From Diadema antillarum (Eukaryota), in contig NW_027271112.1 in the NCBI RefSeq assembly GCF_040938485.1, forward strand, positions 1 to 64,000: a stretch of 64,000 nt of DNA, read 5' to 3'. Under the pieces are notes generated by a model, which saw only the letters and a list, made by a program, of their open reading frames with translations, ran no database searches and had not been told where the DNA came from. A program made the position numbers and the translations under genes. Of this stretch, positions 37,228 through 48,246 are shown piece by piece; positions within the stretch are counted from its first letter, which is position 1; the number at the start of each line of letters is the position of its first letter.

Positions 37228-37333
37228 CTGACCATGCAGCTCAACTGCCTCCTTGCGATACTTGTAGACTGTATCAATCACTTGTGTTAGAATTACTGGT
37301 AGACGGCCACTTACAGTATCAAATGCAAAGCTC
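37228..37333 (-). CDS. ARMT1: ARMT1 exon 2
   Basis: SFAFDTVSGRLPVILTQVIDTV matches human SFAYLTIKDRIPQILTKVIDTL. AG/GT boundaries. Confidence 0.92.
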
Positions 37334-37760
37334 CTGTGCAGAAATAATAAAGATGAGGAAAATATGAGGAAAATAGTGATTGACTACTTAAGAAGACTAC
37401 AGTCACAGTAATCAGCTCTCTCTATTCCATTTCCCCCTTTTCACAAAATTCTAATTCTGGGACTTGTATTCAGCATAAAAAGTGAAGAATAGCATTTGTT
37501 TTGGCTCAACTTGGCAGACAGCTGTAAAATTGAAGCCCTCATCAGATTTTTTTCTCTCTCACTTTTGTTTTCTGGTTCTGCTACTGTCTTCACAATAATC
37601 ACAGCCTTCGGTCAGCTGTGGCGAGTGCTAATCTAAACAAAAACTTCTGTTTCCTGCACTCCTAATGGAAAGAATACAATATGCAATGTTTACTGAGTTT
37701 AAAGGAATAAGTGCTTGGTACTGCAAAATCAGAAAATAGCATGCTATTTTCTGAGTTTAA

Positions 37761-38143
37761 AGGGATCGTTTATTTTTGGTTGAGACTTAACTTCAGGTTT
37801 TTATCATTTTTTGGTGAGATAGAGAGAAACCTCTTATGAAATATGTAAGAGCATGTAATTCCACGAGGATTTCCACGTTTATTTGATGAAAATTGCTTTT
37901 GAAATGGCTGAGATATCCAAAAAAGAGCAATTCTAATAAAGTGTGAGACCCACAATTCATTACAATCATTTTGTTTTACTTTGTGTTTGGATGTTTCAGC
38001 TATTCCAAACCAGAATTTCATCAAATAAACCTTGAATTTCTCTTAAAATGGCATGCTCTGTACTATTTCAAAAGTGTTTTCTTGGTATCTCACAAAAAAA
38101 GTTAAAGCCCAATTTTCATCTCGACCAATACTGTACCATCCCT
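37761..38143. mobile_element. Kolobok-type MITE, copy 2
   Basis: TTAA|AGGGATC ... GTACCATCCCT|TCAA. Internal homology to 6652-7048 (TTTATTTGATGAAAATTGCTTTTGAAATGGCT). Confidence 0.75.
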
Positions 38144-38873
38144 TCAATGAGACAGAAGTACCAAAAAACCAATCTGTTGGTTGAATGAAATCTTAAACAT
38201 TAATTTTGTTACAGATTGTTGGTGAAATGACAAACACTATACATTCTGCTCTTCATGAAATTTCAATGATGTAAATATTGAGCATTAAGTCACTCAGTGC
38301 AGTCTACCTGTAATGAAAATGATTCATACCCAGTACTATTCTTTCAACGAAGTCTCCCATAATGGTCACAAGAGGACATAAATATTTTATACTACGTAAA
38401 TATTTTGTTTGGAAAAACAATCACAAGAAGGATTGCAGATAACAACTACACAAATTCCATTTTAAAATGCTCCTCAAGAGTCAGACTGAATAACAAGGCA
38501 TTCAATTCTGCTAAGATTGAAAATTGAAGTCTGAAATATTCAGGTTTCTTTGAAATGCTGCTCATCTGATCTAAGCAGTCCCTTCAGAATTGTTTCTTAC
38601 CCACACTCCTAATATCTACAAGCTCCATCTAATTTTGAAAAAAGCCATTATCCACTGTATGGCCGTTGTAGTGGCATAAAATAATCCCATCCCTAGGTTG
38701 CATTCAGCAAGGCCCCACCTAACCGCAACAGCAACCCCAACACATTTGCGTTGGATTGTTACTGGTTACAGCGCCCCAGAGTTACGCCCCACCTAATCCT
38801 TTTAGCACAAAAATAGTTGTACAGGGCCTGGCCTCCCTGGGCCTATGTACCGTAGTACACTACTAAGTGGAAG

Positions 38874-39051
38874 TAGGGGCAGATCCAGGAATTCTGTAAA
38901 GGAGAGGTGCCTTCACAGAATTAAAGGGGGGCTCATGGCGCCCCCTATCCCCCATTTTTTCTTTTTATTTCTTTTGTTTTTAAACAAAAAAATAAAAATA
39001 AAGAGGGGGTGCACGCTTGGTGTGCTCCTCTCTGCTCTGGATCTGCCACTA
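38874..39051. mobile_element. MITE with TAGGGGCAGATCCAG TIRs and 5-bp TSD
   Basis: GGAAG|TAGGGGCAGATCCAG ... CTGGATCTGCCACTA|GGAAG. A partial relative lies at ~58945-59061. Confidence 0.75.
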
Positions 39052-39349
39052 GGAAGAATTCAATATACCGGTACCACTCTACCAGTAATTTGAATTGTAA
39101 GAGTTTATTGGCACAAGTGACAAGGATAGGTCTAGACTCTATATAATTTTCATAAAGAAAGATTCTTTCACTGCACTGATAAATGACGCAGTATAACGTC
39201 TAGACGGAGTGAGTTGACATTGATGACAGTGTTACTGGTACAATATTGAAATATTTAGACTTTTCAAAGCATCAAGCAAATGAAATAGACTCATTTAAAT
39301 TTTCAGATCCGGTGCTATCATACAAAAAAGTACTACAGTAGTAACCTAC

Positions 39350-39432
39350 TCCCTGTACTTGGCAGATAGTCTTTCTGGTAAAGGAATCTTTTCCTTGTCT
39401 GCACATCCATGATCTCCTGTTGGGGCTTCCAT
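39350..39432 (-). CDS. ARMT1: Damage-control phosphatase ARMT1 (C6orf211), exon 1 of 5
   Basis: MEAPTGDHGCADKEKIPLPERLSAKYR, donor GA|GTAGGT (phase 2). Joins exon 2 to give LSAKYRESFAF, matching the ARMT1 N-terminal motif. Confidence 0.8.
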
Positions 39433-39823
39433 GTTCTCCACCGACAAGACCTGGGATTCTCCCTGTTTATATATCTGCGGTTAAAATCTGTTGGAATGCA
39501 GATGAAGGCTAATTCTAAGCCAAAGTTTGAACCTGCACGAAAGGAACAGTGGTAGTGGTGATGCGATGTGCTGCTTGATACGGCGCGCCGCGAGCGAGTA
39601 GTCGGCTCGGATCGGTCGCCCGGCCCGGCGGCCGGCTCGAGTTCCGTCCTGCGAGGAGAGGCTAGCCACCGTGCCGTACGTACACATACAGCCGCCCGCA
39701 TGTGATGTATTGTACATGCACGTGAAATTCCCGGCTCTATGGCCCTATCGTCTGGATGGAGACGAGGTTGGGAAGATAGCAGACTTCTTTTACTTCGAAG
39801 CAATTTGTTGAAAATCTGTCGTG
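39433..39823. promoter_or_regulatory. Probable bidirectional promoter / 5-prime UTR region of ARMT1 and NAA80
   Basis: 391 bp between divergent ATGs; GC- and CpG-rich compared with the flanks. Confidence 0.7.
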
Positions 39824-39939
39824 ATGGGTGCGGTAAACTTCAACATTTTCACCATAAAAGCTTTACACGAAAACAAAGAGCTGACAGATGACTGCGTTCA
39901 ACTTTTGAATGACGAATGGCCTCGAAGCAAAGCAGCAAG
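39824..39939 (+). CDS. NAA80: Actin N-alpha-acetyltransferase NAA80 (NAT6), exon 1 of 4
   Basis: ..ELTDDCVQLLNDEWPRSKAAR matches human ELLDACADLINDQWPRSRTSR. Donor AG|GTAAGC. Confidence 0.9.
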
Positions 39940-41894
39940 GTAAGCGTAAGCGATCCTCCGAAGCGAAGACAGTCGACATGATTATGCAAGACTCATTACA
40001 GAAGACCGTCATCACAATGCTGTAGTCCCATCTATGTATATTTACGTTTTACATATAGAAGCCCTACTACTCTCGAAAAATCTCAAAAAGAGCAAGGGGA
40101 ATTCACGTTTACTTAGATCTGGTTGCTTACAGAATCACAGGGCTGTGTATTGCCCACTACCAAATAATTGGAAGTAAATCAGATGTTCAAATACTCCTCT
40201 TTCTCTCTCCTAAACTGGCCAGTTCAAGACTCACGACATGTGGTGATGACAGTGATGTGTATTGTGACTCCAGAATGCATGTGAGGCATGTGTGTGTGAA
40301 ATTGCCAGGCATGACATGCATTTGAATTTCAATAGGGAAATATGTCTAAACTTTTAATTTATATCTCAATCTATAGTCTCAGTGAGTAGATGGGAGATCT
40401 GAGTTGTTATGCAGTGCTAACGTTAGGTGGAAATGTTTGCTAGTGCAGCATGCAGTGGGGCCTATGTAACTGCGACCAGCCCCAACACGCAGTGTTGGGG
40501 CTGCGCATTGTAGCAGACATGATCATGACAGGCGAAGTATAGCGCCTAAAAATCAATATGAAATCGCAAAAATTCTGCAATATGAAGACTTACAGGTGAA
40601 GATGTAATGTTGAAGACTGACTGCGTTCAACTTTTGGTTCTGGCAATAGTCCCTTTCTGCTCGGTTTGATGAGTTAAATGCGACTCGGTCGAGAGGAACT
40701 CGGGAGAACTACATCTTATACAGTCAATGGATTTGAGATTTGTGCGCATGCGCTGGCCGTCAAGTCGTGTAGCTTTGTGGCAAGGCCTTATCATACTGTT
40801 GGCAAACCCTCTCACTGTATATTGCGTTGCTTTCTGGGTGGGTGCGCGCGCGCACGCCTTGTCAGAAGGCTAAACGCATTGCGACTCCGCCAGCACATGA
40901 ATATTTACGTGCGCAGTGTACTGCATACTGATTTCGAAAATGGTGAATGGGATGGGGAGCTAGGACTACGGACCCGTATATGGCCGTGAAAAAAACGTTT
41001 TTTCAAGATCATTGGACCAGTGTGAACAAGAACAAGGTGAACGTAGGGTATTAATTAGATAAGAATCTTATGTATACTATAAAAGTACGTTTTTTCCTCG
41101 TGATATTCGAAACTTACGGAGGTGCGAAAATCTGTGACAGACTGTGTATGTTTTTCAAGCTTACCGATATAGCACTCTATTGACTCAGGACGCTCCCACA
41201 GTGTGTAACTGTATACGGAGCGTCCCGGGGTTAGGGCCTATGCTACTTTAATGAAGTAAACTTTATACTTCAGATCGTAACTGACGTAAGAGATGTATTG
41301 GAGAAGATGGGCGTACGTAAATACTGTCTCACTCTCAATTGAGTCTCATGTCGATGTAGGTATCTTAAGTTCTGTTGGACCAAACTGCCTCAAAATGGCA
41401 CAAAATATTTTCCAAGGTGTATCGAATCACTTGTGTGTTTTAACCTCATTGACAGATAAAAGAGGATCAGAACTTTCACACTGAATTCATCTTCTGTATA
41501 GTACATATCTTAGTAATACTGGCACCACCCGTACTGTAATATTAGTTGGTATTACATTCAATGTCACAGTCACTTTGATTACACATGGCCGGTGTCAGTA
41601 TGATTCAAACTTATGAAGTCCAGCATCGTTTGTAGAAAGAAGTCTGAAGCTGTAAGTGTCTATTTTTACAAGCAAAAAGGAGTATAAAGATCTATATAAA
41701 CCCATCATGAGAGACTGATTGACTAGAGTGTTCTAAAACCCAAATATCAATTTGTCCTTCATAAAGAGTATCTCTAATGTCGTAGTCTTTTACATTATTA
41801 CAGCCATTAACTTCTGTAGCAATGCAGTATAGGTTCTAATATTGTAGAAGACATTTGCAAACTTTACTAATTTGTATCTATTGTTTTGTTCCAG

Positions 41895-42028
41895 ATTGTT
41901 TTCAGTCAGCAAATCATGTTCAACTTTACCCTACTCCCTCGTCCTTGTTGAGCATGAAGACACAGTTGTTGGATACTGCAGACTTGCCAAGGTCATAAGT
42001 GATACAAGTAGTGTCCTTGTTGAATCAG
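41895..42028 (+). CDS. NAA80: NAA80 exon 2
   Basis: LFSVSKSCSTLPYSLVLVEHEDTVVGYCRLAKV..VLVES. AG/GT boundaries, phase 2 to 1. Confidence 0.92.
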
Positions 42029-42488
42029 GTAAAATGCATCTAACACTACAGTGCAGAGAAGTCAGATAAAATTTGTGTTCATAGCATGGACCAGTAACTG
42101 TTTAAATCCAATGAAGTATATTTCAAGAATAGAAGATAGTAGATACCAGACCAATCATGAAAGGAAGGAAATGGAATTCCATTCATTTTATGACTTTAAA
42201 TGGAATCAACTGGTGACTTAAAATGATTTTAGTTTTGCCCTTTTCCTTCATTGCTTGCTGTGTATATACATTTTACATGTCCTATGTCTGAAGAGTCATG
42301 TGAAATGCTCGCATAACAATGAATATCAGAAAATGGTTTTCTTTTGAGTGTTGAGTCACACATATGAGCTCTTGTAGTATATGACATAAACATACTTTTT
42401 AATAAAGTGTATGGGTACAATTTGTTAGGAATCTTGCATGTGTACAAAAATGTGAAAAGTTTTGTGACCTTTGTCCTCATTCCTCCAG

Positions 42489-42667
42489 TTGTAGTTGACA
42501 AGAACCGAAGGGGTCAGGGCCTTGGCAGACTTTTGATGGAACTCTGTGAGAGACATGCCTTTGCATCTGGCTACAAGAAAATGTACCTGTGCACCAAAGA
42601 CAAGCAGGACTTTTACCAGCACCTGGGCTACTCATTCTGCAAAGCAGTGAACACACTGGGGGCACAG
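42489..42667 (+). CDS. NAA80: NAA80 exon 3 (GNAT acetyl-CoA motif)
   Basis: VVVDKNRRGQGLGRLLM..FYQHLGY. AG/GT boundaries. Confidence 0.95.
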
Positions 42668-43027
42668 GTGAGTGCAAAGTCTGTTCCAGTGATTATGTGT
42701 GTATAAAACAGGGTACCTGGTACTGTGTTTCTCGCACAGCATGGCTTGTGTGAAACAACCATTGTAGGAAGATTGTAAATTGTGAAGAAGTAAGCAGATA
42801 TTTGAATGGAAAGAACTGCACTTTGTGATTTGTGACATGTTCAAGATTGCAAGAGATGTATGTGTTATTGTGACCATATGTTCTCCTAATTCATATCGTA
42901 TGATGAATGTTGTATGAACTTTAAACCTTGCATCGAATTTCTCTTTCTTTAGTGCTTAACTTTTTAGATATAGCACATATTTCAAAAACATTTCGACATT
43001 TTAAAATCTCCATCAATTCATTTTCAG

Positions 43028-43357
43028 ATGCTTGAAACCTGTGACTGCTTACCATCAGAGACAAACACTTCTTTACAAGAGCAAGTGAGTTGTGCGAGCA
43101 GCTGCAGTGATGGATCTTCACGCTTTGGTACTAAAACAACAGTTGCATCGAATTTTTCATCGTGTGGTCCTCAAGCTGCCGAAAAACCCAGCAGCTGCTG
43201 TGAAAATCAAACTCAAGAGACGGCCAAATCTCAATACGGAGAATTTACCTCCTCTCCCAGTGGTCCTCCCCCTCCTCCGCCCCCTCCTCCCAAGTTGCTT
43301 GCATCTGCAAAGAACCCAGCTACTGTTATATACTGGATGATGAAGGACATTGCATAG
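43028..43357 (+). CDS. NAA80: NAA80 terminal exon 4
   Basis: Polyproline tract and C-terminal IYWMMKDI matching human IFWMEKDI. Full CDS 759 nt (252 aa). Confidence 0.92.
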   Translation: MLETCDCLPSETNTSLQEQVSCASSCSDGSSRFGTKTTVASNFSSCGPQAAEKPSSCCENQTQETAKSQYGEFTSSPSGPPPPPPPPPKLLASAKNPATVIYWMMKDIA

Positions 43358-44410
43358 TGACCACAGCATGTCCAACCAAAGTAAGTTTTTGGTAAGCAAC
43401 TCATATGTTATCATGATTATTCAGAGAAAATGTCTATGGGAATAAGGATATTGATAAGTACAGATCTAATGTAAATGGATTAAGACCAAATCACATGGAC
43501 AAACATAAAGGTGATGTGGTGTCACAGTGACTGCAAGTTTGTCACAAATTTCTGCAACAGTCAAAATATAAATGTAGCTCATCTCGGAACACTATGCTTG
43601 AACAGAATTAGATTAAAACATTGTCACTGGTAAACAATCAAATGGGACACAATACATTTGAAACCTTTTTACAATGCAAGAAATAAAGTAGAATGGAAAA
43701 CATTAGATTGACATGTCACATGTTCTACTAGGCACATTTTTAAACACACTTACATCCCAACAACCTCTTCCATAAATCTGAGAACATACCCCTCATTCCT
43801 AGGGCCATAATAACTTAAGCCTTTTAGGTGGAACTGAGTGCCTAGAAGATCTCCTCAAGTTTCCTAATGTATTTTAGAGTATGAGGGTGCAGGAGGACTG
43901 GATAGCTGTCCATCATTGGTGAGTGTATCAGGTAGAGCCTGGTGGACAGGTTCCTGTGGTGACAGGGTTCTTTTCACTTCAGATACATGGAGACTTCAAG
44001 GGTCGGCGCTATCAGATGCTTTATTATGAACGTCATTATCTCCTTTGACATGGGACTCTTCAGAGGGAGAGGGAGACCTGCATTTTTCTTCCTCTGTGTC
44101 CGGAATGTGGGAATTTACTTCCTCACAATCATGCTCTTTGGCTTAGGATCCTTTCTCCCTGTTACCTTGCTGGAGTCTGTCTCTCAATGTCTACGACCCA
44201 CAGAATGTGAGGCTCAGTTGCAGTTCAGACAGCATCCTGCTGCAGCACCCTGCTGATAGTGCCTTACAAAAATTTCTCTGCCTCTGAACAAAGGCTGTTT
44301 ACCCTGTCTGGATGTTCAGGGTCTTGGTCGTGACATTCCTCCAGGTAATGACTGACTTGTGGAAATGGATCTCGAGGCCAGGCCATGGAGCTTCACGATT
44401 GACAAACCAG

Positions 44411-44579
44411 GGGGGGTGTTTCATCAATTCAGTCTGCACTGATAGGTTGTCAGTCTCTGACAATTTCAGCAAAATCCTTGGTTTTGATTGGCTGAGATGC
44501 TCTCATCACTAACTGTTACTGTGGTAATTGTCACAAACAGACAACTTGTCAGCGCTGACAACTTTCATGAAACGGTACC
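44411..44579. mobile_element. PIF/Harbinger-type MITE with CAG TSD
   Basis: CAG|GGGGGGTGTTTCATCAA ... TTTCATGAAACGGTACC|CAG. Confidence 0.7.
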
Positions 44580-44782
44580 CAGGAGTCACTCTCTGAGTCA
44601 CACCCAATGTCAAACCTGATGTATGCCAGATAGGGGATTTTCCATTCACCTCCATGTCATAGGACAAGATCACTCAGTGGGAAGATTTCTTTTTCTAGTT
44701 CTGCACTGAGACTTTCTGATATCAGGGTGACATGGAAGCCACTGTAAGGAGACATCTAGATGCACAATTATCTGCAAAGCAA

Positions 44783-45002
44783 GGGTAGGGCAAACTTTCC
44801 CCCACCAGGCCAACAGCATATCAGGGCAATTCCCCCCTGGCTAAATACTGATTAGTGATGAGATTAGAGTAAAGATTAGGGTTAGGGTTAGGTTAGAGTT
44901 AGAGTCTGGGTTAGGGTTAGGATTAGGTTCAGGATTAGGATTTGGGTTAGGGTCAGGGGGAAGGTCTGGGGTAATTGCCCAGGGGGTAATTGCCCTGGAC
45001 CC
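44783..45002. mobile_element. TIR element carrying an internal degenerate (TTAGGG)n array
   Basis: GGGTAGGGCAAACTTTCCCCC ... GGGGGTAATTGCCCTGGACCC. TTAGGG-like units at ~44876-44952. Confidence 0.65.
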
Positions 45003-45038
45003 CATCAGGTACATCATCATTTAAAACAATTCCTAGTG

Positions 45039-45290
45039 TTGCAACTGATTGAGAAATTGCCCTACATTGACGTAAATAAACACTGAATTGATCAGTGTTT
45101 TAGTAGTAGCCATGATAAAAATCATGGGTGTACATACTCGAGCAAGATTCGAACATACGACCTCCTGATCACCAGACAGGCCCCATCTCCACTAGACCAC
45201 TGAGCTATTGCCCAACAGCAAGTGTTGGTTCTAATCCTTATAGCATGCAGCGGGTACTGCGTAATTATTTAAATTCATGAAATTCTTCCG
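45039..45290 (-). mobile_element. tRNA-derived SINE-like element, copy 1
   Basis: Minus-strand A box (45189-45199) and B box GTTCGAATC (45146-45154). 3-prime body with two hairpins ends TCAATCAGTTGCAA. Confidence 0.75.
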
Positions 45291-45304
45291 TCGAGATGTT
45301 TTCA

Positions 45305-45515
45305 TTGCAACTGATTGACAAATTGCCCTACATCGACGTAAATAACACTGAATTGATCAGAGTTTTAGTAGTAGCCATGATAAAAATCATGGGTGTACAT
45401 ACTCTAGCAAGATACGAACCTACGACCTCCTGATCACCGGACAGGCTTCATCTCCACTAGACCACCGAGCTTTCGCCCGACAGCAAGTGTTGGTTCTGAT
45501 CCTTATAGCATGCAG
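45305..45515 (-). mobile_element. tRNA-derived SINE-like element, copy 2 (tandem)
   Basis: High similarity to copy 1 by eye; B box mutated to GGTTCGTATC. Confidence 0.75.
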
Positions 45516-47833
45516 AAATCTATTGCTGTTTTGGGGATGGAACTTGGGGTGGTCCTTCAGACCCCAGAGAGCTCCATCTCTGGTGCCCATTGGAGTTTCC
45601 CTGATGCTGGTGTGGGCATCTCACCAGCTTTTGGTTCACGACAGCAAGGTTCTCTGAGGAATGTCTACTGAAATGACCATCTTCCCCACATCTGTAGTCG
45701 GAAGTTTGGGTTTGACATCTGGGATGGTGTACCCTCAGCGCCAGACACTGCTTCGAAGAATTTAGTCTTCATTGAGGGAGGTGCTGGGGTGGAAGCTTGC
45801 ATCTTCATGTGGGCCTTGTGCTTGGCCAGGCAGTCTTCAATGCCCCTGGATGTTGCGATGTTTGCATCTATGTGGTTTTGGGTAACTGTTTGGAGACTCA
45901 TCCCCTTTACTGCATCCCTGTGACCTTGGGCAACTGCTTGGAGATTCCTCCTCTTTCCTGGTCTCTTTTGATTCTTATTTGCTGCGTCCTTGTACCATTG
46001 AATGATTCTAATAAGGCAAGTGAAACTAGGTGAGTTCTTCAGTAGTTCTTGAAGTCAAAGGCTCATCCATCAAACATGTCATGGATGCATGGACTGTTGC
46101 AGCCTTGTGATATGGTGCTCCCCCTATTCTCATGGCACAACAGAGAGTACTATTCAATTGCAAAGTCCAACAGCTTCTCCTGGTCTTGCTTTACCATGAC
46201 TTGGATTTTGAGCAGGTTCTCATCTTCATTCTCTGTGGATCCAATCAAAGCTTCAAGGGCTTCCACATGCTCCTTGGCAGTGCCCTGTAGATTTTTCAGG
46301 CAGAGATCATGAACTATGTTTGAAACTGATGGTAAGAGTTCCTCTCTGAACCTCCTGTTTTTCAGTCTCATCTGGGCCGGCAGCTGCCCATTTCTGGAGG
46401 TTTCTTAGGTGTGGAGCCTCCCACCCACTCTCTAGTTGAGGTTCTGATCCTGACCAATTATTTCCATCGCCCAGCTACCCAATTTGATGTCAAGGAGAAC
46501 CTGACTTCATTCACTACAACTGCACTCTCTATGCCATCGATGACCTTGCACAAAGAGATCAATATCTCCTCCATATGGATTTCAAAATCATGAGCTACCA
46601 AAAGTATGGCCTTTGTCAACAGTTTGTCCTTTTTACATAGATCCCTAGCTTGGCTACAAATTCTAGTCAGCCATGACTGACCATACTATATTTAAACATT
46701 GTCATTGGCTCCTGCAATTAACACGTTTATCAATGATTTTCAATTAACCCTATTAGCACTGAAAGTCAAGGGACAAAGGAAATTTTCCTATGATGCAATG
46801 AAACATTAACAGACCTACCAAGTCTCATGCATAAGGCTTTTTTTGTTTTTGATGAGAATAAGCCAATATATATTATATGCATGTATATACATGTGTATGC
46901 ATAAGGTCACACAATTCATAGCATAGATACTGAAGTTATAACCTCTCCCAAAAAACTCCCTAAAAAGTTTTCACTTTGCTGTGAAATTATTATTTAGGGA
47001 TCTGTGTTATCAGATAGGCCTGATTATCACAGTACCAACACTAGTTGTAGTTATTTATGGTGTTGGTGTTGCATGCAATTTGTAATGTCCCTGGAACTAT
47101 TTCAGGGAAAATATTTTATGGAATACCTCAAATGCTTTACAGATGAGGGTTTTTATAAGTTCGTAAAAGTTCAGAGCAAATACAAATGAAGTCTTCCAGT
47201 TTCTATGTTACCAGTATGTAGTATGCTGTACTCTTGCTTTCTTTTCTGAAAGACAGTACAAAGCAATTATTTTGACAACTAGTATGGCAATCATGGATTT
47301 ATGTACATCTGAATTGAATTAAAAAAAGAATAGCCATAAGTAATTGTAACCTATATTTCCTACTTGTTGTCCTCTGAACAAAATATTGACCAGTAACATG
47401 CAAATTTGTAATATACAGAGGACAATACATTATGATGCCAGTACTTTTGTTCTTATTGTGCAATCTATTAATGAATGTGTTGTGAGGCATATAAACCAGA
47501 AGAATTGATATTTTTGGCCTGACTGTAGTATGTTTCGACAGATTGTACAAATTTCCCTTGCAGTCATAGCGGTGTGTGATTGCAATTGATATTCATTTGT
47601 GTGTATGTGTATCTGTGTGTGTGTGAAACTGTTACTTGAAGCTTGCACTGGTTGTGATTGACTTTGATAATCACTGGCGCTCATACATGTAATTACTCAT
47701 TGTATTGCCGAATTTTATATGATTTACTATAAACAGGTACATGTATATTAAAATAAATGGTGCTGGTAACTTTCATGTAACGTATAGATTCCGGTAAGTA
47801 AAATTAATCATCTAGTAGACTAGTAGTGAGACA

Positions 47834-47934
47834 TTGCAACTGATTGACAAATTGCCCTACATCGACATAAGTAAGCACTGAATTGATCAGTGTTTTAGTA
47901 GTAGCCATGATAAAAAATCATGGGCGTACATACT
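47834..47934 (-). mobile_element. 5-prime-truncated copy of the same SINE (3-prime body only)
   Basis: TTGCAACTGATTGACAAATTGCCCTACATCGAC..AGTAGTAGCCATGATAAAAAATCATGGG matches 45305-45400. Confidence 0.8.
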
Positions 47935-48246
47935 GTTGATCACTACAGGTGCACAGACAGTTTCAGTTGGTTTGTGTCTGTTCTAAAAGTGGAAATTTCT
48001 TGTATTTTTTCCCCTCAGCCGAGATAAATTTGTGGTACAGGTGTATTTTGATTCTACAGACTCAAAATATAATGTACACTTGTACATGTACATGTATACA
48101 TATAACAAGCAAAAAAACCTGCATGCTTTAATTTTTCCCTAAAATAGCATTTCATGTCTTGCAAAATGCGCTAAAATTTCCATACTGCAAAATTCCCACT
48201 TTTACAGTACATATACTGGTGTATTCATGATGACCTTTATATCTGA

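Larger units (their letters stand above)
43850..46670 (-). pseudogene. Decayed Ty3/Gypsy element with PNMA-like gag and protease remnant, interrupted by nested insertions
   Basis: Capsid-like EHVEALEALIGSTENEDENLLKIQVMVKQDQEKL (~46150-46260); degenerate knuckle YRCGEDGHFSRH (~45660-45700); protease CLL[D]SGFHVTLISES..IPYLAYI (~44600-44755) with a frameshift and stops. Outer limits approximate. Confidence 0.65.

Noticed and set aside
37560-37635. Exon-like AG..GT segment in ARMT1 intron 1 (minus strand)
   Set aside because: Stops in all frames, and not needed because exon 1 joins exon 2 in frame.
39333-39803. 156-aa minus-strand ORF (MLRSKRS..MDVQTRKRF) as ARMT1 N-terminus
   Set aside because: Wrong phase for exon 2. 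The frame starting at 39432 gives the conserved LSAKYRESFAF.
40455-40550. Possible HDV-like, twister or hammerhead ribozyme (GGGGCC..CGCAGCCCC..GCGAA)
   Set aside because: Could not build the required P3/L3 or pseudoknots, no CUGANGA/GAAA core, and the second copy lacks the CGAA element.
44876-44952. Chromosome end or telomere fusion
   Set aside because: Short, degenerate and enclosed in TIRs within another TE.
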